This document shows positions 53,858 to 62,347 of a stretch of 64,000 nt of DNA, one piece after another (within the stretch, counting starts at the first letter, position 1; each line of letters opens with the position of its first letter). The notes under the pieces are model-generated. The model was not told the DNA's origin, did not search any database, and worked only from the letters and a program-made list of their open reading frames with translations. The DNA is from Candidatus Falkowbacteria bacterium RIFOXYD12_FULL_34_57 (lineage in GTDB: Bacteria > Patescibacteriota > Patescibacteriia > Patescibacteriales > UBA12075). The stretch is taken from the NCBI GenBank assembly GCA_001780285.1, contig MFGN01000001.1, positions 22 to 64,021 on the forward strand, given 5' to 3'. Both the position numbers and the translations under genes were made by a program.

Positions 53858-55420
53858 CTATAGCGGCCTGGCCAATTTTCCCTCCTGTTTATCCAGTAAT
53901 TTAGAATATTCTTTTTTAATTCTCTTGGCCATATCTTCATCATATTCCATAACCTCCATGCCGGACTTGCTGTGCAAGGCAACGGCGCTATCGCTTTTAG
54001 CATCATTGGTTAAATATACAGAATCAGCTGTTTTAAAAATCAATTTATAAATCGGCATATAAATGCTTCTATGCAAAAAACCTTTTTTCTGCGCTTCGGT
54101 CTTGTCGAAAGTAAGAAGAAAATTTATCCGTTTATTTAAAAACTTTAAAAATACAGCCGCCAAGCCTCCATAACTAGCCATCACAGACCAGGCAAAACGA
54201 AAATTATATTTTGTGCTCAGCTGATACGCCCTCCATGCGCCGATAAAAGGAAATAAATATTTTCCAATGATACCGGAAGGACCCACTCGATAAATAAGAG
54301 AGTTGCCTAATTGTTTAATATTTTCTAGTCCTTTTCTGGATCTAGTAGTAATAATATAAAATTCTGTATCAGACATATTATTTATCATCTCCATCATTGC
54401 GTTCTCCGCCGGACCCATATCGGGATAATAAGTTGTCGCAAAAACAATAATCTTCTTTTCCGGCATCTCCAAATTTTTATAGTGTTCTATGGTCTTTTTA
54501 ACCCCCTCTTCCAAACCAACCTTAGGCTCCCAATCTAAGACCCTCTTAGCTAAGCCAATATCCGGCTTGCGAAATTTAGGATCTCCTGTAAGCTCCTTAT
54601 CATAAACGATGCGTGATTTAGAGTTGGTCATCTTAATTACAATATCAGCTAACTCTTTTATGGTTATTTCCTTAGTGCTACCAACATTGACGGGACCCGT
54701 AAATTCAAAAGATTTTTTCATCATCCTGTCTACCGCTTCTACTAAATCATCAACATACATATGAGACCTAGTAAAAGAACCGTCTCCATATATAATAAGG
54801 TTATTACCATTCAAGGCCGCAATAATAAAATTGCTCATTACCCGGCCATCGCGATAATACATATTTGGTCCGTAAGTATTAAAAATCCTTACAATCTTAA
54901 CATTCACATTGTATTTTCGGTGGTAATCCATGCACAGTGTTTCTGCCATTCTTTTTCCTTCTTCATAACAAGCTCTGGCGGTAAGCGTGTCAACTTGACC
55001 CAGCATATCTTCCCGCATTACTTCCCCCTTTTCCCGTACCCCATAAACATCGGAGGATGAAGCTTGAATAAATACTGCATCATGCTTGCGCGCTATTTCC
55101 AACATATTAATTACGCCATGCACATTAGATTTGGCGGTATGAATCGGATCCACCTGCAGATCAACGCAGGAGACCGGACAGGCAAAATTCATCACCCAAT
55201 CAATCTTTTCTTTGAATTCTATAGGATTATTAATGTCATGCTTGATGAATTTGAAATTTTTGTTTTTCTCAAAAGGATCAATATTATCCGTAGTTCTGCT
55301 TTTTTGCAAATTATCAATACAAATCACCTTGTGCCCCTCGCCCAGATACCGCTTGCATAAATGCGATCCGACAAATCCGGCTCCTCCGGTAATTAAAATT
55401 GTTTTTTTGTCTTTTGACAT
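53858..55420 (-). CDS. UDP-glucuronate decarboxylase (UXS-type SDR) fused to a GT4 N-terminal-half-like domain
   Basis: TGGAGFVGSHL, ACYEEGKRMAE (YxxxK) and RIFNTYGP. C-terminal residues about 321-520 are paralogous to the N-terminal half of the downstream GT4. Start moved to MSKDKK at 55420. Confidence 0.85.
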   Translation of the reverse strand: MSKDKKTILITGGAGFVGSHLCKRYLGEGHKVICIDNLQKSRTTDNIDPFEKNKNFKFIKHDINNPIEFKEKIDWVMNFACPVSCVDLQVDPIHTAKSNVHGVINMLEIARKHDAVFIQASSSDVYGVREKGEVMREDMLGQVDTLTARACYEEGKRMAETLCMDYHRKYNVNVKIVRIFNTYGPNMYYRDGRVMSNFIIAALNGNNLIIYGDGSFTRSHMYVDDLVEAVDRMMKKSFEFTGPVNVGSTKEITIKELADIVIKMTNSKSRIVYDKELTGDPKFRKPDIGLAKRVLDWEPKVGLEEGVKKTIEHYKNLEMPEKKIIVFATTYYPDMGPAENAMMEMINNMSDTEFYIITTRSRKGLENIKQLGNSLIYRVGPSGIIGKYLFPFIGAWRAYQLSTKYNFRFAWSVMASYGGLAAVFLKFLNKRINFLLTFDKTEAQKKGFLHRSIYMPIYKLIFKTADSVYLTNDAKSDSAVALHSKSGMEVMEYDEDMAKRIKKEYSKLLDKQEGKLARPL

Positions 55421-55440
55421 AATTATATATTCAAAAATTT

Positions 55441-56415
55441 TTATATTTTGTAATAATCTTGATACCACTCCACAAATCTTTTTATCCCCTCTTCTACCGT
55501 AACTTGCGGCTTATATCCAAGCATTTTCTCCGCCTTGGAAATATCCGCCGAACTTACCGGCACATCTCCGGGTTGCATCGGCATCATGTTCTTTTTTGCC
55601 CTTTTGCCCAAATTTTTTTCAATCTCAGCGATATAATCCAATAATTTCACCGACCTGCCGCCGGCTAAATTAAATATTTCATAAGAATGCTCCTCGCTTC
55701 TATTGATTGCGGACACCACCCCGTCTACGATATCCGATACATAAGTAAAATCTCTGGCCATATTGCCATAATTGAAAACATTAATCGGTTTATCCCTGGC
55801 AATAGCATCGGTAAATAAAAATAAAGCCATATCCGGCCGGCCCCATGGCCCGTAAACCGTAAAAAACCTAAGTCCCGTGCATCTCAAACCGAACAAATTA
55901 TGATAAACGAAAGCTTTTTCCTCGTTGCCTTTTTTGGTCGCCGCATACAGAGACATCGGCGCATCCACCTTGTCATCTTCCGAAAAAGGCATTTTTTTAT
56001 TAGCCCCGTAAACAGAGCTGGAAGAAGCAAAAACAAAATCTTTGATATCATGATGCCGGCACAGCTCCAACATATTCAAAGTGCCAAGATAATTAGAGTG
56101 CTGATAAGCAAAGGGATTAGTAAGCGAATACCGCACTCCGGCTTGCGCCGCTAAATGTAATATCTTGTCTATCTTTTCTGTTTTAAAAATTTTATCCATT
56201 TCCTCGTAATTCGTAATATCTGTTTCAAAAATATAAAAATTATTAAAATCTTTCTCTAAATTTTTTATCCTATCTCTTTTTATCCGCGGATCATAATAAT
56301 TATTAAAATTATCAACAATCAATATTCTATCTCCCCGATTAAGTAAAACACGAGCTACACTAGATCCGACAAATCCGGCCCCTCCGGTAATCAAAATTGT
56401 TTGATTAACTTTCAT
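55441..56415 (-). CDS. NAD-dependent nucleotide-sugar epimerase (UDP-glucuronate 4-epimerase-like)
   Basis: Motifs TGGAGFVGS, DNFNNYYDP and YAATKKGNE. Confidence 0.88.
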   Translation of the reverse strand: MKVNQTILITGGAGFVGSSVARVLLNRGDRILIVDNFNNYYDPRIKRDRIKNLEKDFNNFYIFETDITNYEEMDKIFKTEKIDKILHLAAQAGVRYSLTNPFAYQHSNYLGTLNMLELCRHHDIKDFVFASSSSVYGANKKMPFSEDDKVDAPMSLYAATKKGNEEKAFVYHNLFGLRCTGLRFFTVYGPWGRPDMALFLFTDAIARDKPINVFNYGNMARDFTYVSDIVDGVVSAINRSEEHSYEIFNLAGGRSVKLLDYIAEIEKNLGKRAKKNMMPMQPGDVPVSSADISKAEKMLGYKPQVTVEEGIKRFVEWYQDYYKI

Positions 56416-56460
56416 ATAAACATTTAATCATTTAAACATGTAAGCAAAAATTTATCTCTT

Positions 56461-56487
56461 GTCATTCTGAACTTGATTCAGAATGAC
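56461..56487. repeat. minimal copy of the hairpin repeat (GTCATTCTGAA-CTTGA-TTCAGAATGAC)
   Basis: Perfect 11-bp stem using the same termini as copies 1-3. It lies between the epimerase start and the NUDIX stop. Confidence 0.8.
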
Positions 56488-56513
56488 ACAGGTGGAAAAT
56501 ATTTTCAAACCAC

Positions 56514-57068
56514 TTAAAGTAATCCCTTATATTCCAATATCTTTAGTGTTCCTAATATTTTGATATCAACCGTAAAATCATCATGCTTTTTTACACAAAA
56601 ATCCACCAAATCTTTCAAGGGTATTTTAATTACTTCAATATCCTCCGCATCATCGCTTTCTACCCCTTCAAAACCGACATATTCCGCATCAGGAGCATAA
56701 TAAATATCCATAACACAATCAGACATGCCGGCATTAAACGGTCCGCCATGCACATAAATAAATTTATCCGCGCTATATCCGGTTTCTTCCTGTAATTCTC
56801 TTTTTGCGGTATCTGTAAAATTTTCCCCGTCTTTATCCACTAGGCCGGCGGGGGTTTCTACCACGCATCCCTCATGAGGAATCCTGTATTGTTTAGTTAA
56901 AACAACTTCTTTTTCTTTTTTGGTTACAGCAAAAACAGCCACTATCCCGCGGACATTGCTGCGCTCCACGCATTCCCATAAACAATCTTTGCCGGTTTTG
57001 GTTTGAAATTCCTTGCCGATTACGCGAAGAAACTTGCCGTTATATAAATTTGTCTTTTTAAAATTCAT
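56514..57068 (-). CDS. NUDIX hydrolase (ADP-ribose/nucleotide-sugar pyrophosphatase-like)
   Basis: Nudix box AGLVDKDGENFTDTAKRELQEETGY. Confidence 0.85.
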   Translation of the reverse strand: MNFKKTNLYNGKFLRVIGKEFQTKTGKDCLWECVERSNVRGIVAVFAVTKKEKEVVLTKQYRIPHEGCVVETPAGLVDKDGENFTDTAKRELQEETGYSADKFIYVHGGPFNAGMSDCVMDIYYAPDAEYVGFEGVESDDAEDIEVIKIPLKDLVDFCVKKHDDFTVDIKILGTLKILEYKGLL

Positions 57069-57178
57069 AAATAAATAATTAGTCGAAAGTCCATAAAGTC
57101 TATAAAGTTAAAAGTAATTTATTAAAATTTTTAACTTTCAACTTTTGACTTTTAAATTTCTACCAGACAACTAGTTAT

Positions 57179-58114
57179 CTAGTTGTCTCTATATTTATTA
57201 ATCATATCTTCCCCATAAACCCCCATAAGCAAATCAAGATCCTTTTCACTTCTCACAAGCAAATGAATATTTTTATCCCGCAATGCTTCCAAAACCCGAA
57301 GCCCATATTCATTGGCAACATCCCTCTCGTACATTTCATGAAAAGCTGCAAAATCCTTGATAAAACAATGCCCACCGGCTCCTCTTCCGGATTTATGTAT
57401 CGGCTCCATGTGCAAGTCATTAAATTTCAATGTCTGGGCGACATGGCCGCCAGGCTGTCCGCTATTGTGTACCGGATTCATATGGGTAGAACCGATCCGC
57501 GGATCCGCAGCCATGGCCTCTTTGATAATATCCCACTCTAAATCATGGGCGCGGGTCAAATCATAAAGCATGTTAAAAAATATCACCTTAAAATAAAACC
57601 AATTATTGCCGCCATACTTGATAAATTCCGCTTCTTTAGCCCTGCAAATTTTTTCATAAGGGGCTTTCGGCAAACAATCCAATACTTCCTGCGCCCTGCT
57701 TATATATTCATCTGTTTCCAGCGGAATACCGATTATATTTCTAATCGGATTGGCTGCGTCATGAGCTGCTGTAGCTTCACTTAAAAATTCAGGGGCATGC
57801 AAAACAAAAAAACGAGGATTTTCCCTCTGAATAGATTCGGTGGTGCCGGGTAAGACAGTAGATTTAATTACGACAGTAGCATCGTCTCCGGCTATTTGTA
57901 TTGATTTTCTGATAAAACTGTCATCAAAACCCTTGGGCGTAGAAGGCGTAGGCACAGCCACAAAAACAATTCTACAATCCCTGATTAATTCTTTATTTTG
58001 TATATAAGGCTCCTCAAGTGAAAACCTTACTACATCATGCCCCCTGTTTTCAAAGTCATCGGCATAATTTTTGCCGATCCAACCTTGACCAATAAAACCA
58101 ATTTTTTTGCTCAT
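57179..58114 (-). CDS. UDP-glucose/GDP-mannose dehydrogenase-family protein, short form
   Basis: N-terminal Rossmann IGFIGQGWIG and the catalytic-Cys motif GGHCFIKD. At about 311 aa it appears to lack the usual C-terminal UDP-binding domain. Start moved to 58114. Confidence 0.65.
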   Translation of the reverse strand: MSKKIGFIGQGWIGKNYADDFENRGHDVVRFSLEEPYIQNKELIRDCRIVFVAVPTPSTPKGFDDSFIRKSIQIAGDDATVVIKSTVLPGTTESIQRENPRFFVLHAPEFLSEATAAHDAANPIRNIIGIPLETDEYISRAQEVLDCLPKAPYEKICRAKEAEFIKYGGNNWFYFKVIFFNMLYDLTRAHDLEWDIIKEAMAADPRIGSTHMNPVHNSGQPGGHVAQTLKFNDLHMEPIHKSGRGAGGHCFIKDFAAFHEMYERDVANEYGLRVLEALRDKNIHLLVRSEKDLDLLMGVYGEDMINKYRDN

Positions 58115-58292
58115 AAAATTTAAAATCTCCAAGCCCCGCACTTGGATATCAAGAATTAGTATACCTTCAATAGTATACTATTAATTATTAAATAAAAAAA
58201 ATTTAAAGTCAAGATAAATTACAACACAAAACAATAATAAATTGCAAATATATCCCCTACTTTTTCCTAGCTTAACGGAAGAAAAAAATATA

Positions 58293-58321
58293 TTGCTAAA
58301 ATATAAAAAATATTCTAAAAT
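58293..58321 (+). promoter_or_regulatory. promoter TTGCTA-N17-TAAAAT, 6 nt from ATG 58328 (leaderless architecture)
   Basis: Read directly from the sequence. No SD is present. Confidence 0.55.
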
Positions 58322-58327
58322 AACAAC

Positions 58328-59509
58328 ATGAAAACAGAAAATAATAAAAAAACAATACTCTATCTAATCACTCAATCCGAAATGGGTGGAGCGCAAAAAT
58401 ATATTTTTGATCTGGTTTCGCATCTTAAAGACGAGTATAATGTTGAAGTTGGCTTTGGCGAACAAGGAGAGACCGGAGAACTGGCTATAAAACTCAAAGA
58501 AATAGGGATAAAATACCATGTTATTCGCAACTTAAAAAGAAAAATATCATTTAAAAATGACTTTTTAGCTTTTTGGCAAATCAGAAAACTTATCAAAAAA
58601 ACAAAGCCGGATATTGTGCATTTAAACAGCTCAAAAATATCCATCCTGGGATCGTTGGCTTCTATTTTTTTAAAAATAAAAATTATCTATACCGCCCACG
58701 GGTGGGTTTTTAATGAACCTGATTGCAATAATTTTTATAAAAAAGCTGAAAGATTCTCGGCAAAATTCAAAAATAAAATCATCTGTGTCTCTGAGTTTGA
58801 CAGGCAAGCGGCCTTAAGGGAAAAGATAACAGAGGAAGTAAAATTAATCACGGTTCATAACGGTGTGAGGCCAATAAATTTTTTAGAAAGGCCGGAGGCT
58901 CAAAGAAAATTAAAAGAAAAATTGCCGCCAAGCGCCATGTTTAAAATTAACGAAGGAGATATTTTAATTGGTTCAATTGGAAATCTATACAAAACAAAGG
59001 GTTTTGAATACTTAATTAATGCCGGAAAATTAATTATCAACAACAATCTTCATGTAAAAATAATAATTATCGGCAAAGACGGGGGTGAAAAAGAAGAGTT
59101 GGAAAATTGGATCAGGCAGCTTGGAGTGCAAAAAAACATTATCCTTCTTGGACAACTTGAAAATGCTTCTCAAATTTTAAAAGCCTTTGATTTATATGTT
59201 TGTTCTTCGGTCAAAGAAGGACTGTCTTATACCATTATTGAAGCCATGCTAGCCGGTTTGCCGATTGTGGCAACAAGTGTGGGCGGAAACGGAGAATTGA
59301 TTGAAGATCAACAAACAGGTATATTGGTTGATACCCAAAACGCGGAAAAATTAGCCAAACAAATCATAAATACTTTAAGAAATCAGGAATTAATGAATAA
59401 GATGGCTATAAATGCTAAACAAAAAGCAGAAAAATATTTTACCATCGGTTCCATGGTAGAAAAAACTAAGAACATTTATGAAGAAATCACACAAACACAC
59501 AAACAATAA
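58328..59509 (+). CDS. glycosyltransferase family 4 (GT-B)
   Basis: Contains EGLSYTIIEAMLAGLPIVATSVGGNGELI. Confidence 0.9.
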   Translation: MKTENNKKTILYLITQSEMGGAQKYIFDLVSHLKDEYNVEVGFGEQGETGELAIKLKEIGIKYHVIRNLKRKISFKNDFLAFWQIRKLIKKTKPDIVHLNSSKISILGSLASIFLKIKIIYTAHGWVFNEPDCNNFYKKAERFSAKFKNKIICVSEFDRQAALREKITEEVKLITVHNGVRPINFLERPEAQRKLKEKLPPSAMFKINEGDILIGSIGNLYKTKGFEYLINAGKLIINNNLHVKIIIIGKDGGEKEELENWIRQLGVQKNIILLGQLENASQILKAFDLYVCSSVKEGLSYTIIEAMLAGLPIVATSVGGNGELIEDQQTGILVDTQNAEKLAKQIINTLRNQELMNKMAINAKQKAEKYFTIGSMVEKTKNIYEEITQTHKQ

Positions 59510-59524
59510 AACCATGAAACAAAA

Positions 59525-59556
59525 AATAATTACGTAGTTACGTAATTATTTTTTTA
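59525..59556. terminator. bidirectional intrinsic terminator
   Basis: Perfect 12-bp stem AATAATTACGTA-GT-TACGTAATTATT flanked by A- and T-runs. Confidence 0.75.
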
Positions 59557-59585
59557 TAAGTATATTTCAATATTATATCTGCGCA

Positions 59586-61829
59586 CTATTTCAAACTTTC
59601 AATAAAACTATTTGCGCTTGCTTCAATGCTGGGGTCAACTTTTATAGCCCTGCCCACAGCATCAATAGCCTTTTCCTTCTCTCCTTGTTCTGCGTAAAGT
59701 TTTGCCAAATTTATTAAATGTTTTACTTCTTGCGGTTCTTGAACAGATAATTGTTCATAAAGGCCGGTAACCCTCACCCAGTCTTCCGCGTCAACATAAT
59801 GATTAATAAGTTCTTTTATGTATCCTGCCGGAGTCAAAAGACCATACCCGCCCAAATCTATGCATTTATCTATTTCCTTATAAGCTTCTTCGGTCTGGCC
59901 GTAATGCAAAAGAGTTTTTCCGAGATGACAGAAACTATCATAATATTCATCGTTTAAACTACTGGCATAGCGCAGAGTCTCAATCGCTTTATCCGGTTCA
60001 TTGCGGGTAATGTAAATTTGTGCTTTCTGAAAATAAACCGGAGATCTGCCGGGACTAGCTTCTATGGACCTATTAATAGCTTCAAGCGCCCTATCTGAAT
60101 AATACATAAATTTTTCCTGATTATTCTGATAATATACAGAAGCGGTGTTTAACATTTGAGCAAGCATCATCTGATTCAAACTGTCTCCCTTGTTATAATC
60201 TACATTTTTCTCAGCCAAATCAATCAAATAATCAATATCCTGTTCAACTGTATCCTTATTTAATTGCTTCAGGGCATTTGGATTGGTGGCAAAAATACGC
60301 AAAAGGCTAGTACGGCTATCGCGGTCTAGGACGGTATTATAACTTAAAGCCTTTTTATATATTTCCAAAGTCTCCGGCACTCGACCAGCAGCATAAGCTC
60401 TCTGTCCGTCGATAGTTCCGTTTAACATTCTCCAGGGGCTTATGTTGTATTGATACATAATCATAAATAATAAAAATCCAGCAAAAACCAAAGTATAAAT
60501 TTCTTTATTTTCAAAATATCTGTCTTTAGTAAATTTATCAGATATCATTTTTCCTTTTTCCTGCAAACCCTCCAAAAAATTCTCCTCCCCTTCTTTGTGC
60601 ATCCAATATACATAACCAAAAACTACCATAATCAACATATAGGTTATAAAAGAATCAAAAACAGCCAAGTTTTGCACAAAATAAGCAATGATTAAACATG
60701 AAACCAACACGAAGTCATGGAGACCTATGTATTTCTTTCGATATCCATCTATTAAATAATAAGCGCTGGCTAAAAGTATAAAAAGATAAGTTGAGATTCC
60801 AAAAACTCCGGTAGTAGAGGCGATATCCACCACATTATTGTGCGCCCGATCAAAATATGTCTCACCCCTGGTTTGTAGATAAAAATCAGGAGTAAAATAT
60901 TTATCAAAAATAATCGCATAATTACCATGTCCTACGCCGATAATCGGATGAGCCTTAAAATCTTTAAGTCCGGCCTTCCATGATATTATCCTGGTTTGAA
61001 AAGTATTCTTTTGAAAATCTATACCCCGAATCGCTCGAAGTCCCGGGGTCCTGTCAAGTATCGGGCTGTCTTTGTGCGTAAAGAGCCATGAAATGATAAC
61101 TATGCCCAAAAAACAAATCGCAAGTGTTGCTATCTTTATCTTTTTATTCCTATTCAATACACCGTATAAAAACAATGCTGCCAAAATGCTCAATCCAAGA
61201 CCGACATGCGCGCCGCTAGTGCCAAGCTTATCAAAGTGAACAAAAAATAAGGGCAACGGAAGAAGATACAACCACTTTAACTCCTTAACTTTTTCCTTAA
61301 AAAATAACAATACACAAAAGTACATATTGAATATCAGATATCCGCTGACATAAGCCGAGTTGCCAATAGTACTATATCCTTTCTGATTCTCCCCTAATCC
61401 ATAAAAACTAATGAAAACTCCGCAGACCACCGATGCTATCAAAAGAATTTTCCAATCTTTCTGTTCGCGAAATACAGTAATTAAAATCAAATAAAATATA
61501 AAAAAGTGCAGGATATGAAAAGCGCCAAGCATTCTCTCTACATCTCCCCAAAAACTTAAATTAAAATCAACTCCGGTCACACAGGAAATAACCATTACCG
61601 CAAAAAAACTAATAAGTCCAAAAGTAATCCATGATTTTTTTGGGCGATACTCCGGATATTTCACTAAAAATGCTATCCAAAACACCAAAAGCACCTCCAT
61701 AATAATATTAAACGGTATTTGCTTTGATGTAATATAGGGAAACAAAAGACCTTTAAATACAAAGAATACGCAAATCAAAGAAAGATATATTCCTGATTTA
61801 AGAATGGTTAAATAAGTTTTTTGAGACAT
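59586..61829 (-). CDS. O-antigen-ligase-like polytopic membrane protein with C-terminal TPR repeats
   Basis: About 12 TM segments with a large loop, as in the Wzy_C/O-antigen ligase family, followed by about 300 aa of TPR-like helical repeats. Confidence 0.6.
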   Translation of the reverse strand: MSQKTYLTILKSGIYLSLICVFFVFKGLLFPYITSKQIPFNIIMEVLLVFWIAFLVKYPEYRPKKSWITFGLISFFAVMVISCVTGVDFNLSFWGDVERMLGAFHILHFFIFYLILITVFREQKDWKILLIASVVCGVFISFYGLGENQKGYSTIGNSAYVSGYLIFNMYFCVLLFFKEKVKELKWLYLLPLPLFFVHFDKLGTSGAHVGLGLSILAALFLYGVLNRNKKIKIATLAICFLGIVIISWLFTHKDSPILDRTPGLRAIRGIDFQKNTFQTRIISWKAGLKDFKAHPIIGVGHGNYAIIFDKYFTPDFYLQTRGETYFDRAHNNVVDIASTTGVFGISTYLFILLASAYYLIDGYRKKYIGLHDFVLVSCLIIAYFVQNLAVFDSFITYMLIMVVFGYVYWMHKEGEENFLEGLQEKGKMISDKFTKDRYFENKEIYTLVFAGFLLFMIMYQYNISPWRMLNGTIDGQRAYAAGRVPETLEIYKKALSYNTVLDRDSRTSLLRIFATNPNALKQLNKDTVEQDIDYLIDLAEKNVDYNKGDSLNQMMLAQMLNTASVYYQNNQEKFMYYSDRALEAINRSIEASPGRSPVYFQKAQIYITRNEPDKAIETLRYASSLNDEYYDSFCHLGKTLLHYGQTEEAYKEIDKCIDLGGYGLLTPAGYIKELINHYVDAEDWVRVTGLYEQLSVQEPQEVKHLINLAKLYAEQGEKEKAIDAVGRAIKVDPSIEASANSFIESLK

Positions 61830-61840
61830 AATAATGTAAA

Positions 61841-61873
61841 CTAAAAGCTAAAAGCTAAAAGCTAAAAGCTAAT
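61841..61873. repeat. tandem GCTAAA(A) units x4-5 in the gene leader
   Basis: ACTAAAA GCTAAAA GCTAAA GCTAAAA GCTAATG, about 11 nt upstream of the start codon. The unit is the same as at 21186-21209. Confidence 0.9.
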
Positions 61874-61975
61874 GTCATAAATAATAATATGGTTCTTTAT
61901 AAGTAAACAAAAACAACGATAATTAACCGTTATTTAGCTAACTTTTATTATATCAAAGCCTCAAAACATGTCAAT

Positions 61976-62004
61976 TTGACATTTTTATAACTATATGATA
62001 TAAT
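61976..62004 (+). promoter_or_regulatory. consensus promoter TTGACA-N17-TGaTATAAT
   Basis: Read directly from the sequence. It drives the small ORF at 62028. Confidence 0.7.
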
Positions 62005-62027
62005 AAAAAACAAAAAAAGGAAAAAAA

Positions 62028-62204
62028 ATGTCCATTAACGATCTGGCTCAAATATATAATTTTTTGAGCAACCAAATTCAATCGCTTCGGTATAGAATCT
62101 ATATGCTTGAAGCAAATTTCCAAAACCAAAAAACCATTGAAGCTCTGAAACAAGAGCTGCAAAAAAAAGAAAAAAAACAAAAAGAAATAGAAAAACAATT
62201 CTAA
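62028..62204 (+). CDS. small coiled-coil protein (58 aa), below the ORF-track size cutoff
   Basis: Translation MSINDLAQIYNFLSNQIQSLRYRIYMLEANFQNQKTIEALKQELQKKEKKQKEIEKQF. It has a consensus promoter, an AAGGA SD and a terminator. Confidence 0.55.
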   Translation: MSINDLAQIYNFLSNQIQSLRYRIYMLEANFQNQKTIEALKQELQKKEKKQKEIEKQF

Positions 62205-62206
62205 AA

Positions 62207-62232
62207 AAGACCGGCCATAAATGACCGGTCTT
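62207..62232. terminator. bidirectional intrinsic terminator
   Basis: AAGACCGG-N10-CCGGTCTT between convergent genes. Confidence 0.65.
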
Positions 62233-62347
62233 CAATATTTTTAACTCATTTGTTTAATAGTAAAATTCTATTCAAATGCATAAGTCCTGTAATAATTATT
62301 TCAATTTTACCGGGTTTTATAGTAAGCGACCCGCTAGCCCGCGATTT

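Noticed and set aside
61797-61830. Apparent 1-nt register problem (run tttaaag) between the first 10 codons and the rest of the 59586..61829 ORF when I count the printed sequence by hand.
   Set aside because: The supplied ORF track reports an intact 747-aa ORF, and all neighbouring coordinates check out. I attribute this to my own manual counting and make no frameshift or phase-variation claim. Repeat coordinates near here may be off by 1.
61841-61873. Heptamer tandem repeats (also at 21186-21209) as a CRISPR array or minisatellite.
   Set aside because: The units are 6-7 bp with no spacers, which is far too short for CRISPR. They are treated as leader tandem repeats.
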